DNA of 63,658 nt, the filler included, from Dicyema japonicum (Eukaryota; Animalia; Dicyemida), in NCBI GenBank assembly GCA_011109175.1. It is 11 parts of 11 records of this genome, joined end to end, with 100 filler letters (N's around TTAATTAATTAA, not from the genome) between each part and the next. Parts side by side here need not be neighbours in the genome. Positions count along the whole stretch, not along the records: positions 12,336 to 41,314 come from RDEW01000114.1; positions 41,415 to 44,082 come from RDEW01000074.1; 9 more parts are not named here. The stretch is one strand, 5' to 3'. The notes under the pieces are model-generated. The model did not search any database and was not told the origin of the DNA. It saw only the letters and a list, made by a program, of their open reading frames with translations. Below, in pieces: positions 27,000-41,415 of this stretch. Within the stretch, counting starts at the first letter, position 1. Each line of letters starts with the position of its first letter. The translations under genes and the position numbers were made by a program.

Positions 27000-27642
27000 C
27001 TTCACGAAATGAACTCAAGTGTCATTACTTTTACAAAGAACTGAGTAGACGTCTTCTTTTAGCGCCAAATAGTAAATTATGACATCCAACAAATCAGTTT
27101 CACTTTTTGAAATGAGACCGAGAAATCTTAGTAACAAATGGAAAATACCAGTCAATGTATTTCCGTAAAATTGTAATTTTTGATATCCACCATATTGATC
27201 CAACGTATCTAAACTCCTCCCAAGTGGGACTTCCCTATGCTACTCCTTGCAGGTAGTTTATTATCTCTTCCTTATATTCAGAGAAATCGGCCCAAGCATA
27301 TGCCTCTTCATTCGAAGGGACATTATGACACTTTGCCTTGAGCAGAAACGAACATCCGGGAGGTCGAGACCACCTGCATGACTGATATTCACAAAATTTT
27401 TGTATTGAAGAAACGTGAGCGAAGCACTCAGAAAAAGACTTCAATTCTTGATGTTAAATTTCAGTCAATCGCTTCAAACAGATTTTCCAAGATACTTCCC
27501 CAGTCGTTTTACCTAAAATAACCGATTTATCGAACCTGAGGCATCGAAAACCCGATGGAATTTTGAGTCTCAGTTCTGTTCTCCCCAGGAAGTTGAATTT
27601 CAGACGAAACATCATCGCTAGAATCAGTGCTTGATTTCCACA
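27000..27642 (-). pseudogene. Possible micro-intron gene fragment, product unidentified
   Basis: MWKSSTDSSDDVSSEIQLPGENRTETQNSIGFSMPQ, then a 23-nt GT-AG segment (gttcgataaatcggttattttag), then VNDWGSILENLFEAID*. Downstream ORFs 27235-27444 and 27015-27203 are protein-like but interrupted. Confidence 0.3.
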
Positions 27643-30600
27643 TGGATTCTTAAAAAATAAGAATAGAAATCTATTTTGTTTTTAGCTAACAAATTATCGC
27701 CATTTCTATAATTCTCCAATTTACCCCAAACAGCTCAGTTGATTATGTTAAGCAGATGACTAAGAATTTTATCGACTCTGATCTTCTTTAAAATGTTCAG
27801 AATGGCAAAAGGTTGAGTTGTGTGATTGAGAGGCTTAATTTGAGTATGTAGACGAGATTAATTGAAAATCTCTGTTTCATCTATTTCTGGTCTATAGAAG
27901 ACCGTCTCAATTCAGTTGACATTCATCAGAGAACCAGTAAACACTGAAATCACCGAAAACAAGAACGATGGTAAAAAGAGATATATTGAATGACTGACGA
28001 AAGATCACTTGTCTTATTAGTACCCACTTTTCAGGAATTATCGGTAAAGAAATAAACCTTCAAATATTAAACAAACAATACCGTAGAATCCGTCAATAAC
28101 ACTAATATGTGAAAGACATTCATAGCTGGAAGCAACTCCAGATTAACACGTGTATTCAAGTTATCACTTCTACAAACATAAAAGCGAGGAAGACACTTTA
28201 GGGTGTTCTACGTCCACCAGAACTTCCAAATTCCGATCTAAGATTCCCACTCCAGGATACCCACCTGGAGAGAAGGTGAATCCAGGTTCAGTTTAGCAAA
28301 GGTCAGACGACTATCATAAGAAAAACTGAGAGAACTAAAAACTGGGCAAATAAATGGATTACCAAACTCTTGATTGAATCTGACAGTTGGGAAATGTTGA
28401 ACAAGTTATGACAGGACAAAACTCAACTAGTTTATGATTCAACAGGTCATTGAGGACTGACACAGTCTTGTCTCTCCATCAGGTAAAATAAATAAGGAGG
28501 GACCGTAGATCGAGAAAAATATGTGGAAGCTTTGTGACCTGAGGTTGGTTTCATATCAAGTATAACGAATCCGTTGCAAGAAAAGTGTTTCCGTGAGATC
28601 CGTATGACAGTAACAGAGGGATTAACGGTGTTTCATTTAATTTATCGGCAATCACAATAATGTCATAAGCCTCGTGGATAAACTGTTGCCCATAAAACTG
28701 AGTTATTAACACATGAATGTAGCTCAGAGCGAAGGGGTATCAAGATTCTGGGAATAGTTCGAACTAACATTAGATGTTTGGTTTGAGACCCAATATTTAT
28801 GGTAACTGTCCATAAAAATGGTTCTCGCATTCTCCTAAATAATTATTCTACGGAGGTAAATCTTCTGATTGCCATTAATACATTTTAGTTTGAGAATGGC
28901 ACCGGAGATCAACTGTTTGTTTATTAAGATTGGCTTATGATAGGATCTCTGACTCTAGGAATTATCATTGATAGATACCTTTGAAAGATGAGACCGCACA
29001 TCAACAACTGCCTGGAGTTGATAATTAGTCCCACAGTGTGTCTGGCAACTATAAAAATGCAGCGCTACCTCATCATCTTGATCTAGTCGAAACAGATGAT
29101 ATACGAGGAAACAAGATTGGGTAACAAATAATAGTGATTACAGGATATGACAAGTTGAGCACTAAATATGAACACAGACTACCATATTAGTTAGAAAGTT
29201 GAAAAGTACATGACTCAGTGTGTTGGAAAGCTCCTCAGAAAACGATTCGATCCTCGTCATATACAGTGCTAAACTACGAACATAACATACTGAGTGATTG
29301 TAGAGAATCATGGCAATTAGAGATTAAACGCTATTTTCTTGTTATTTACCCAATGGTAAGTCTTTGGACCATCCTTAGAAGGAAAATGGATGTTCTGTAT
29401 CACGGGGAACTTGTGAGACTGCGATTTCAGTGGCGAAAACATTTATGCCTGCATTTGACGGATTTCTTAGGGCCACCGTCCATGGTCTTTTTTCATACAT
29501 TTTTTGGCTTTAGTTCTCAGCTGATGAAAGCTGTTTTCACGAAGATGTGACGTATTCTCAAAGTTAAACTGATCCTCCATTCAGTTGTCAGATTCTCCCG
29601 ATTCCGTTGACGACAGATGTCATCAATAAGTTAGCAATTGTCCCCCTACAGTTAACATCTGAATTACAGAGCAATTTGGTGACTACTGATCTGTCTCCAA
29701 TAAACGTAATGACAGGAATTGAATGATGAATGGTCACAAAGTCAAATTGCATGGATGACCATTTATTAAAGCGGGAAATCCTCTCAATACTTTCCTCACA
29801 TCGAAGGTTAAACCAAATATTTACGTCAATGCTGTCGATGTGGCCACAAACCTTACAAAGCGAAGCAAAGAAAAAAATATCCTTTGAAAATGACAGCTTC
29901 TCGATCGGAGTGTCAATGCTGTCGATGTGGCCACAAACCTTACAAAGCGGAGCAAAGAAAAAAATATCCTTTGAAAATGACAGCTTCTCGAACAGAGAGT
30001 GGTCACTGATAATAAAAAAACACAGTTACTTGTTTTTCCAATTCGACACCAAAAGTGAACTCTCACTAGACCACTCCCTCATCTCCATCCCTCAAGTAGT
30101 TAAATATAAGGTATGTTATTGAATAATCTCAAGTATTTTAACTTTGCTCAATTCTACGCCCATTATATTCCTAAATTTTATCATTACAATCTGACCTGGC
30201 ATGAACTCTCATCAGCTATTCGTTCGATAAAAAATATTTGGTTACCAATTGACACAACAATCGAGTAAAATCAAGCTGAATACCTTTACATAGCAATGAC
30301 TAAAAGAAACACAACAAATATTAAATTTTATCATTACAATCTGACCTGACATGAACTCTCAGCAGCAATTCGTTCGATAAAAAATATTTGGTTACCAATT
30401 GACACAACAATCGAGTAAAATCAAGCTGAATACCTTTACATAGCAATGACTAAAGGAAGCACAACAAATATCGCCTTCATGGCATTCGATTGCGTTAAAT
30501 TTTGGAAAAAGTGTGATAAAATCACTAGTTTTGATCCTGAAACGTAAGCCTAACGAGTTACCTGACGCAATTTGACATGCTCAACAGAGAAAGACCACAT

Positions 30601-33199
30601 TGAGAAGTCTTTTCTGGAGGCGAGGAATCTGCTGGAGCAGAGAACCGAAATACACGAGATACTAAAGAACGGGCCTTGAAGATAAACCCAATCTCGGACA
30701 ATGACTTTAATGAGGTCGGGATAGATGAGTAGCCATTGATAGTTTAAAGCAGGATTTATTCCCTGCGAGAATATGCTAATGTGGGAGCAAATAAAGATCT
30801 GGTAAGGCGGAGAGAGATAACTCGCCTAGAAATAAAATGTAATATATTATTTTCCTCACTTGAATTAGGTATACGAAGAGTCCGTGCGTACATACGACGA
30901 TAATATTAAAGTTCCCGCTTATTCATCCAAATATTTTAATTATATTTAAATAAAAAGTATAATTAAAATATTATTTTTTTAAATCGCATTGAAAAAATTG
31001 TTTAGTCTATTAAGATAAATAGTTAAACCCCCCACTTTATTTAACAAACAATAAAAAAGTTAATATATTTAATCAACAACCTTCCTCGCCTGCCTGTTTG
31101 CCAGCCTCCTCAGGCAGGTTCGATTCTGGTTGCTGAAACACCTCCGAGAGCGCCTTGTCTAATTAAACCCTCTGCCCATATGGCATCTCAGGGCTCTNNN
31201 NNNNNNNNNNNNNNNNNNNNNNNNNNNNNNNNNNNNNNNNNNNNNNNNNNNNNNNNNNNNNNNNNNNNNNNNNNNNNNNNNNNNNNNNNNNNNNNNNNNN
31301 NNNNNNNNNNNNNNNNNNNNNNNNNNNNNNNNNNNNNNNNNNNNNNNNNNNNNNNNNNNNNNNNNNNNNNNNNNNNNNNNNNNNNNNNNNNNNNNNNNNN
31401 NNNNNNNNNNNNNNNNNNNNNNNNNNNNNNNNNNNNNNNNNNNNNNNNNNNNNNNNNNNNNNNNNNNNNNNNNNNNNNNNNNNNNNNNNNNNNNNNNNNN
31501 NNNNNNNNNNNNNNNNNNNNNNNNNNNNNNNNNNNNNNNNNNNNNNNNNNNNNNNNNNNNNNNNNNNNNNNNNNNNNNNNNNNNNNNNNNTATCCCACTG
31601 CCTTCTGAAAAAGTCTTCTCTAATTTCTACAGTGGTACTCGATCGGGAATCCTTCACATGGCTAACTATCTCCTATAATTAGTTTCCTGGTTCTTTACCA
31701 TAACTAAACCTTGAATGTAACCTAGTCACCCAGAAGTTACTAACATGTAGGATTTAGAGTCAAACTGATGTAGGGACTTCCCATTTTCAAAAGGAAAGAT
31801 GGTCTTTCCATCCGTTCGTTTTCTATTTTTTCTACACATCCTGACGGGTTCGATTACCAATGAGAAACCAACCAGCGAATAAGTTAAAAGATTCCAAACT
31901 GTTCACAAAAGAACATAAATAAGTTGTATCTTAGAACGACCATCAAAGACTTAAAATTTAATATCTTAAAGTTTACATAAAAAACCAATATGGAATCCGT
32001 AAGTTAAAATAATTCTACAACAATTTGTACTTAACAATAAAAATAAAGATGATCAAAATTCAATTAAATTCTCCCAGAACATGGATTTAATTTATTTAAA
32101 CAGATAGAGTAGTGAGATTAAAAATATATATTTAACACAATAGACCAAATTTTGTAAGAATAACTTTCGTTTCCATAGAAGCAACTATTAGCGTTTCCAG
32201 AGTTTAAAAACGCCCAATGAAGAGAGATTTATATTCTACGGAAATTTAGTCTTCCGAGGCATCAAGAGTCCCTGGATCAACTATTAGCGTTTCCAGAGTT
32301 TAAAAACGCCCAATGAAGAGAGATTAATATTCTACGGAAATTTAGTCTTCCGAGGCATCAAGAGTCCTTGGGTCAAAGGGAAATATGTAACCAAACTTTA
32401 AATCGGTGGATACAAAAACTTTTTTAACAAAATCTTAATTTGATTAATTATTTAAATAAAATAGCCCTCTTGACAAACATAGTAATCCTCCACAGTCTGA
32501 GCTCTGTCTTGTCCCAATTATGGTGGATACAATTCTGAAAAGTCTAAATTGTAGAGAAACTTATTTGAAGGAAGTGCTGGGGAAAACGAAACTTCCCATA
32601 CCAATGCAAGGAGAAAAAGAGGTGATTTTGCGGTGCCTAAGAACGCGTCATCTCCGACTGCAAGATGGACTTTGGATTAAGAATAATTGCATCAACAGTG
32701 GGTCTTCTAAACACGAGGCTAGATATGGAAGATGCCAGACAAAAACTAGATACTGTGTTAATAGCAGCTAGACAAAAACTAGATATTCGCAACAATAAAC
32801 CGGAAGCAAGAGAAAAGGAAAAGACCAAAGTCAGAATAGCACGGAAACATTACCGGGAATAAATATGCTCTCAGAATGGAAGACATCGGCTGGAAGGGGC
32901 AGAAGAATAGCCGGCCCCACAAAAGTAACCAATCGGTTTGACAGACACGAGGTAACATCCCTGAAAAGATCTCCCAAGAATTAAATGATCGCTTAGTGTT
33001 TTCATGGGAGTGGATTTAAAGAAGATGGTGACCTGGCAATGGAGATCCAAGGCTACCTAAAAAGCAATTAAAGAGAATTTGAGGATATTGTCGGTTAATG
33101 CCTACGACCACTGACGTTTTGGACGACCACTGACGTTTAGGACGACCACTGACGTTTTGGCGGTCAATGAGACAAAAGTAAATAAGACTAATACTCACA

Positions 33200-35570
33200 C
33201 TATGGATAGATACTACTCGATAAATATAGAATGGGAGGACGGTGCTATCACGGGGACCTCTTCTACTGCGATGACTTACAAGTACGGAACCCTAACATCG
33301 TTTCGGCTTCGCAGTGCGAATTCGTCTCCGTTAGAGTACATATATAAATGTCGGGGGACATAACTGTTCTACAGAGATTAACAAATTCTTTAAGCAAAAT
33401 GCGATGTCTATACTGGTGGGTGACTTAAATGCTAAGGATGTTAGCTAGGGTGCTACAAAACTAATGCAGAACGCGACGACTGAAGGTCTTCGCCGAGAAT
33501 GTTGGCCTTTAGGTTATGACATCAGATGAGCCAAACCACTTCTCTCACTACGGTGGAGACATGCTTGACAAAACTAATGCAGAACGCGACGACTGAAGGT
33601 CTTCGCCGAGAATGTTGGCCTTGAAGTCATGACATCGGATGAGCCAAACCACTTCTTTTATTATGGTGGAGACATGCTTGGACCGTTTCTTGTATCACCG
33701 CAACTACACGCCAATGTGGAGATACCAAGAACTATGTGTGATGCTTGGAGTGTCCATATTCCACAAGAACTCGTCTTAAACATGGAACCGGATATCATAG
33801 AAGATGTTTTCTTTAAATAGGGCATATCTCACGTGAACTGGAAACACTATCGGCAATAGAACCTTTTGGATGGATGAAAACATCTACAAACGAAATAGAA
33901 ACCATGAACAGTGATCTAACAAACGTACTTACGACTGTATGAAAGGAAATCATTTTGAATAGAAACCCTAAATAGAAGATGAATACTTCACATAATAATC
34001 ACGGTTCTAAGTCGAGAAAGAAATCGCCTAAGAGTTAAGCTACACACTGTATGGATTGAATGTACAGAATGGAACTTAAAGAAAGAATTAGATTGACTAA
34101 AAAAGCCAGTGAAGAGATATGGATGATGGCTACTGAAACAAGTGGAGTTTAAAGAACCAAAATAGACGTCAAGAATCCTTCCTTCTGAATGGTCTACAAG
34201 AGGCTTACGGGGCACAAGACGGGCGCTAGGAAGATTGTCTTGGAAAATCCTGATAGAGATACGATTCCATGGACAATGTACCTGTAGTATTAAAGAATCA
34301 ACTGGAGGTATTCAAGGCATCGACCCAATAACATTAATTCCGAATGATCAGATGCATGCCTCCTTGAAACTTTCTGACTATTGGCTAGATGGTCTCAGAG
34401 AAACTGAGGAGAAAATTACCTTGGAGGAGATCAACACGGCAATCAAAGTATGCAATGCTAATGCTCCGGGGTTTGACTTCATCAGCATGAAGATGTCCAA
34501 TGAAGTTCAGAAAGTAAGGTATGAGCATATTCCACAATGGTTGAAGAATCGGACTGTAAAAATAATCTCAAAACCAGGAAAGTCGGTAAGTAACCATGTT
34601 AACTATAGGCCGATCGGCCTTATATGCATGATATCAACGGATTCTCTTCAAGAGACTGTGTCAGATATAGAAGAATGGTTTCCTCCTCGCAGAACAATGA
34701 GGATTCAGTCAAGAAAAATCCAGCATCGATATTGTTTACCTTATATACATGGATGTGTTGAGAGCGATCAGAAGCAAGAGACAGATGAACCTAGTGTACT
34801 TGGATATTTCCAAAGCCTTTGATAATGTGTGGCAAAAAACCTTCCTCTCAAGGCTGTGTCAGTAGGTATTCACAGATACCTGTTTGTATGGTTGAGGAAT
34901 TCCCCAACCGGGAGAATATCTCAAATGCGTATTAGAAGATTCGTATCCGAAGATATTTTATTTGTGATTGGTGTCCCACAGGGCTCTGTCTTAAGCCTTC
35001 TACTGTTCAACATTTTTTGTCAGACTTCCCGATCCAAACTCAAGAAATATATTAATTATGTTCTAGTCTGGTGTGACCAGAGGGGATGAAGCTCATATCG
35101 GAAAAGTCGAACTCCTTGAGAATTAGCCGCATCAGATGACATCATGGTCATTCATCCGTGCTTGGAGTGCTGAGAGTACGATTATTCCACTACCTGGATG
35201 TTAAGATTGATCATGAAGGCTCATTTCTGGAGGGCGTTCAACTAAAAGGAAAGAGAGAGCTATAAGCAATTCTTTGTACACAAAAAATTGTTTGGCACAG
35301 AGACTTTCTTATTTACATTCTCTAGAATAATACTGCTCAGCTTGATTTACAGTTGTGAAGCGTGGTATCTGTCTACAAAGAAAGACAGGATACAATCGTT
35401 ATTAAAAGTCAAGAAGGGCTGCAATAAAACTGGCGTTGGGAAATAGACTACAAGACAACATGAGCATGTTGTAGGATGAGATACTTTTTGCAATAAGACA
35501 GACGATGGAGAATAAGATTCACGTTTCCGTGAGTGAACGCTAGTAATTGAAAATATATGGGAGAAGTGTC
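33200..35570 (+). mobile_element. Degraded APE-RT LINE (I/Jockey-like)
   Basis: SILVGDLNAK; NAPGFDFI, KPGKSVSNHVNYRPIGL, LDISKAFDNVW, GVPQGSVLSLLLFNIF and YLDVKID; many frameshifts. Confidence 0.8.
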
Positions 35571-36809
35571 TAGGAAATAAAAGCATGACTGTGATAAAAC
35601 CTTCTAGATAACTCCTAGTATAAAAAATTTATCAAAATGTTATTAAAAAATGAAATAATGTTAAATATAATTGAACTGTACAAAACTAAACTAACATATC
35701 CTCTTCTTTTAAGAAGATCTTCACCAGTGATCTACCTAACTTCCATTTCTTCCTAGGACCGCAGNAAAAATGTAATAATGTTAAATATAATTGAACTGTA
35801 CAAAACTAAACTAACATATCCTCTTCTTTTAAGAAAATCTTCACCAGTGATCCACCTGACTTCCACTTTCTCCTAGGACAGCAGGTTCGCCGCTTCACCG
35901 ATGTAATGAGTTGTCCACTCTTCCAGTCACCTCGATGCGTAAAGGATTTCCTTAATTGTTGTTTTGACTTCATGTTTGTGCTCTCCAATCATATTTTCTA
36001 GTGTTTCTTCAACACTACCGATCGAATAAAAGCACTTATTGGCACATAAATCGACAAAGCTTTCAAATGATTTCTGTAGCACGTAGAGATAGTTCAGTCC
36101 CATGTCAAAACCAAAGGAATAATTATCTGACGATTATGTTATTTGTGTTATTTTGATATTAATCATGTGTTTATTATTCTACTTCAATTATATTTAACAA
36201 TTGGGTGTTCCAAAAGATTTTTCTGAGAGTTGTCAAGGAAAACAGCCATTCCATCTTATAAGCGGATTATTTTAATTGTCTTGTTTCTAATAAATTGTTT
36301 TTATTTAAAAAATTTAACAATTGACAATTTACTTCAATTTCCGATAGTGTTTCATTGCGTTTGAATATAAACATTGAGAAAATAACCCGGTGGAAAGAAT
36401 AGTTGGATACTTTTGAATGCCTGCCAAATATTGAGCGTCTCCGTAGTAAGGTGGAACAATTTCATCATTCAAATTATTTGAAACACAATGTATCAAATGA
36501 CTTAAGATATGTCATGATGTTGGTTATCAGTCCCATCATTTTCATAACGTATAGAGAACCCAACTCAACAACTTTACTCTTCTCAGGGCTGTATATTTGA
36601 GTTCCTTTAATAATAAATGACCTCCCATCCAAGATTGCTGTTGATAGAGTACTAATGGAGGACCTGTCACTAAATAAATCCTAAATAATGCTCAGTCCAG
36701 TCTAAAATTCATAATTTATATGACTTGTTCATCCCAGCATGATTAATAGCAAAACCAAAAAGACAGATTTTTCAAATCAAATATTTCAATAGATTTATTG
36801 TTTTATTTG

Positions 36810-39625
36810 ACAAACACTCCTAATGTATCTTTAGCCAAACACATTTCCTTCAAGACACGTGTTGTCTTGGCTGTCTCTTTGCTTGAAATGGCCAATAACT
36901 GTTATCAGAGTAGAACAATCCTGTTTTCTCGACACCTAACAGTGATGCCATGTCCTCATAATTTAGAAGGGTAGCGCTAAGTCCAATCAATCTAGAATTA
37001 TTCCATGACCTTTCTACCCCCTCACATTTCTACAATTACACAGGGTGGCAACCTGTCAATAATGCTTCAAGTAGAAGACCTCTCATCATGGAGTAAATGG
37101 ATTTCGTTTTTATAACAAGTCGAACAAGATTAACAAATATCTTTTCACCACCCTTCNGTTATCAGAATAGAATAATTTAGAAGGGTAGCGCTAAGTCCAA
37201 TCAATCTAACAATATTCCCTGACCTTTCTACCCCCTCACATTTCTGCAATTATACAGGGTAGAAACCTGGCAATAATGCTTCAAGTAGAGGACCTCTAAT
37301 CATGAAGTAAATGGATTTCGTCAATTATAACAAGTCGAACATGATTAACAAATGTCTTTTCACCACCCTTCCAAGTGATGACATCCCACTTCTCGGGAGT
37401 GCAGACAATCACCTGTGAGGAATGAATCTGTTCTTGTGTCAGTTGGTAATCCCCTGTTAATTCATCCACTTTAATAGAATATGGTCTCAATTTCTACAAC
37501 TCAAGTAATTTAACTACTTATGAAAGTTAGCCACCATTTCTTGTACCAGTGACTTCATTGGAGCTATATACACTATTTTAAACTCGTCGACGTTGATGGT
37601 CGTATCCTCATTCACATGCTTACCAATTTCTCTCAAAATTGTCATCAAAGCCACCTTAATCTTACCAGCACTCATCGACGTTGATGGTCGTATCCTCATT
37701 CACATGCTTAACAATTTCTCTCAATATTGTCATCAAAGCCACCTTAATTTTACCAGCACCCTACAATAATCAATTAAACTCACAGTTGGTGCACATAACA
37801 AAATATTCTCTTTTGATTCAGTGGAAACCTTGAAAAGTTTGTTTTGTATTCGATTTAGAGTCTTTGTAATAGTAAAATCTGGTTGAGCGTAGTTTGGCAG
37901 ACGACTAATGGAAATATGCTATAATGTGAAAATAAACGTTAACTTGTTATTCTTCATGTATTTTGAGAAGCTAACAAACTTCCTCATCCATCCAAAGACT
38001 TCTTACAGGAGCCTTCAGGAAGTTTGTAGCCTTTTTGTTAGCAAAATATGAGGATGTGATGGCATTAAATTCAATATTTNGGTAAAATCTTGTTGAGCGT
38101 AGTTTGGCAGACGACTAATGGGAATATGCTATAATGTGAAAATAAACGTTAACTTGTTATTCTTCATGTATTTTGAGAAGCTAACAAACTTCCTCATCCA
38201 TCCAAAGACTTCTTACAGGAGCCTTCAGCAAGGTTGTAGTCTTTTTGTTAGCAAAATATGAGGATGTGATGGCATTAAATTCAATATTTACAAAATCAGC
38301 AGGATTCTGGTAATTATTAAAATTATACAAATGACGAGTCCACCACATTTAATTGCTTATGATTTACTTCTGGTTTAAAGTACTTTACTAATATATTGTT
38401 TACAACTTCATTTGTGTCAATATCTTGGAAAGACTGGAGAATTCCACTTAAATACGTATCCTTCATTCTAGTTTGGCAGATTTCCTTCTTTTCTTCCGAT
38501 TGTGAGAAGATGAGAGAGTACAGTACAAAACTAAAATAACAGATAAAATAACTCATTTGACGGTTGTCTGTGAGAATTCTGATTAAATCAAACTGTCTGT
38601 GACCCAACATAGAACCAACTTTACTTGTACGTCGTCGTCATCAGAAAATCTTGTGTGACCAATAATTAAAAATTTAATGTTTTGAAAATTTACTGTGCTA
38701 AAATAGACTCTAAAATATTTTTGTAATTTCCTCTTAATTCAGCAGGAGTCAAAGTCACGTGGATGAGGGGAATCCTTTTTTACCGAAATTTTGTCAATCT
38801 GATCTGAGAAAAGACCTAAAAGTAGTTCAACTAACTTTCTCTTCTTGTTTTTCAATTTATCGTTCTTCAGTACAATTACAATTTCATCCACAGCTGCATA
38901 CATAATCTCACGTGGCTGATGTGATAAATCAATGGTGAACCTGATCATCCAGACAATTTTGAATACACGTAAAAATAGCTTTGTAGATTTCACTTGTTTA
39001 AGTAGACTTTGGCTTGCATAAATATATTGTATTGTCTGTAAAATCAACGATGGTTTCTGGCCTTTTAAGCTGAATACTCGAATTCCTGTCTTTTTCGTAT
39101 CATAGGAGGAGATAAATGAGCCAATCAATGATGAAAAGTCACGTGTCACAAGAGGTTAACTTTNTGAGAGAGGACCTAGAAGTAGTTCAATTTGCTTTCT
39201 CTTCTTGTTTTTCAATTTATCGTTCTTCAGTTCTATTACAATTTCATCCACAGCTGCATACATAATCTCACGTGGCTGATGTGATAAAATCAATGGTGAA
39301 CCTGATCATCCAGACAATTTTGAATACACGTAAATAAAGCTTAGTAGATTTCACATGTTTAGGTAGACTTTAGCTTGCATAAATATATTGTATTGTCTGT
39401 AAAATCAACAATGGTTTCTGGCCTTTTAAGCTGAATACTCGAATTTCTGTCTTTTTCTTTTCATAGGAGGAGATAAATAAGCCAATCAATGATGAAAAGT
39501 CACGTATCACAAAAGGTTAACTTTTCATGGTTTTGCCGCCCATGGTAATATCATCTAATCTTCCAGACAATGACAAAACTTCTCCAGTGGCTTCTCCACA
39601 TGGTCTAAGATTGGAGTTCTAAAAT
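36810..39625 (-). pseudogene. SNRNP200: U5 snRNP 200-kDa helicase Brr2, unprocessed, truncated and decayed copy with micro-introns
   Basis: EATGEVLSLSGRL, IQNCLDDQ|PREIMYAAVDEIV, PHPRDFDS (PWI), LLCAPT|[56 protein letters not shown] and KEMCLAKDTLG. Introns at 38916-38940 (25 nt), 38531-38552 (22), 37761-37783 (23), 37494-37517 (24) and 37244-37266 (23). Contains stops, frameshifts, deletions and duplicated segments. Confidence 0.9.
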
Positions 39626-39779
39626 TTTTGATATGTGTAAAAATATTGTTAATATTAAGTGTTTAGTAATTTATATTTGAATTGCTATTTACAAGATATC
39701 TGCCATGTTAAATATTTAAATTATAATATTTAAAATTTAAATTTTTTTAACAAATATGAAATATAATTAATAGAAATAA

Positions 39780-40330
39780 TTAAGATGGGCCTTCTTGACA
39801 TTATAACAAAAACACGATTATACAATTGGCCTTGACATTATAACAAATTCTCTTTGACCCAGTGATCCTGGGGGTAATAATAATAATAATAATTATACAA
39901 CTCGCGAGTTTAACAAATACTACTGTATAACGCTGCTACCTGGGCGTGTTCAAGAAATGAATTGAAGAGGCTCAATGTGTTTCATAGAGACCAACTACGT
40001 TATATGATCTTCGAAAGAAGTGATACGAGGATGTCATCTAATCTTCTTTATTAGAGGACGAAGACCTCAGAAATTTCTAATGGGATTCTAGATACACTAT
40101 GGAGGCTTTTCGGCCATATTCTGCGACTGGACCTAGATGCCCCCGCGAACGTACCCATTGAGGATTAATTCATGTTGGAGGCCCCCCGTTTCCGTGGTCG
40201 CCCAAGGACGACACAGCCAGTCGTTCTCGACGAGGACCTCAAAGAAATGGGACGGCATCTTGGAAGTGGAGAGGATCTTGACTGGTTACGTACTGTGGCT
40301 TTGAATAGTAGGAAGTAAATGAAACTAACC
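39780..40330 (+). mobile_element. RTE-clade LINE 3' remnant
   Basis: TKTRLYNS..ILLYNAATW..LKRLNVFHRDQLR..WRLFGHILRL..RGRPRTT..LDEDL, the classic RTE C-terminus. Confidence 0.85.
39826..39891 (+). mobile_element. 66-bp 5'-truncated retroposon end with (TAA)n tail and 9-bp TSD, inserted in the RTE
   Basis: TSD attatacaa at 39817-39825 and 39892-39900; insert ends gacccagtgatcctggggg(taa)n. Excising it restores TKTRLYNS. Confidence 0.7.
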
Positions 40331-40413
40331 AGTGATTTGCTAACTCGCGTTGCACATGCTTTGTCAGATCCTATGACATAGCGTTAAGTGCTAATAATTA
40401 TTAAGATAATTAA

Positions 40414-41313
40414 TTAACACGGCCATTCATCCAAAGTGAACCCCGCCGAGATTATCGACGTTGCGTTGCCTCTCATGATTGCAACAGAGATCAACTGGAG
40501 AAGCCACCGGGTTTCACGTGCGTCGTGGCTTTTCAGTGTAGCTAAGCGTCCAAGTTTCTTTAGGAAGCGAAGCAATTTTCCACTTATTCCTCCAGTTGTC
40601 TCGACCACAATCGGATAATACGCGAATCGGTCGCGTAGAGCTTTGTATTTCTTCTCCTTTGTCCTCATCGTTTTTTCCGCTGCATACAGTGTGTCTACCG
40701 CGCTCCCGACAATGTTGGACAGGCAAAGCGTGTCGACACAAGCAGCGTCCCAGACCAATATTTTTCTTTTTTAAAATGATAAAATTGTTATCCCGTCGGA
40801 ACGTTTTCCGTCTCCTCTGTACAGGCCAACAGGTTCTAGTATGGCTGGTGATCCCACAGATTCCAGGGCTCGATTGACAATTCTGTGGATCGTTTTGTGT
40901 CAAGAGAATCATCCTGCACTTCTTTGACAAAAAAGGGCATGATGCCCATAACAATCCACGGTGGAGCCACATCGGCATTTATGAGTCCGGCAATTCTCTA
41001 GTCCAAGTTTGGTGGAGATACCGATGCGGACAGTATCGTCGTCAAGATGGGTCGCAACACTACCAACGGGGAGTGCATTGATCCAAGCGCCACTCGATTC
41101 GCATTTTCCAGTGACTAGACAGGCACGTCTGTGTTAATTTGATTGGTTCAGAAGCCTTTCATATTTATCCCCGCAGATGGTCATGTAACTGTCTTTCTGC
41201 TCAGGCATCATCCCCTTCAAATGCTCCATATCTGTTATTTCAGATGATTTTGTTTGGAGTTTGAGAATCATCCTGTCGGAAGTCGGCTGGAGCCCAAAGA
41301 GGATAGATACGCA
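40414..41313 (-). mobile_element. CRE-like non-LTR retrotransposon 3' part (zinc finger plus restriction-like endonuclease)
   Basis: KRSDGI..VWDAACVDT..KEKKYKAL..YPIVVETTGG..LLQLISVAIMRGNATSI, and upstream SSGAWINALP..IGISTKLGL..CRTHKCR-like segments. Confidence 0.85.
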
Positions 41314-41415
41314 GNNNNNNNNNNNNNNNNNNNNNNNNNNNNNNNNNNNNNNNNNNNNTTAATTAATTAANNNNNNNNNNNNNNNNNNNNNNNNNNNNNN
41401 NNNNNNNNNNNNNNC

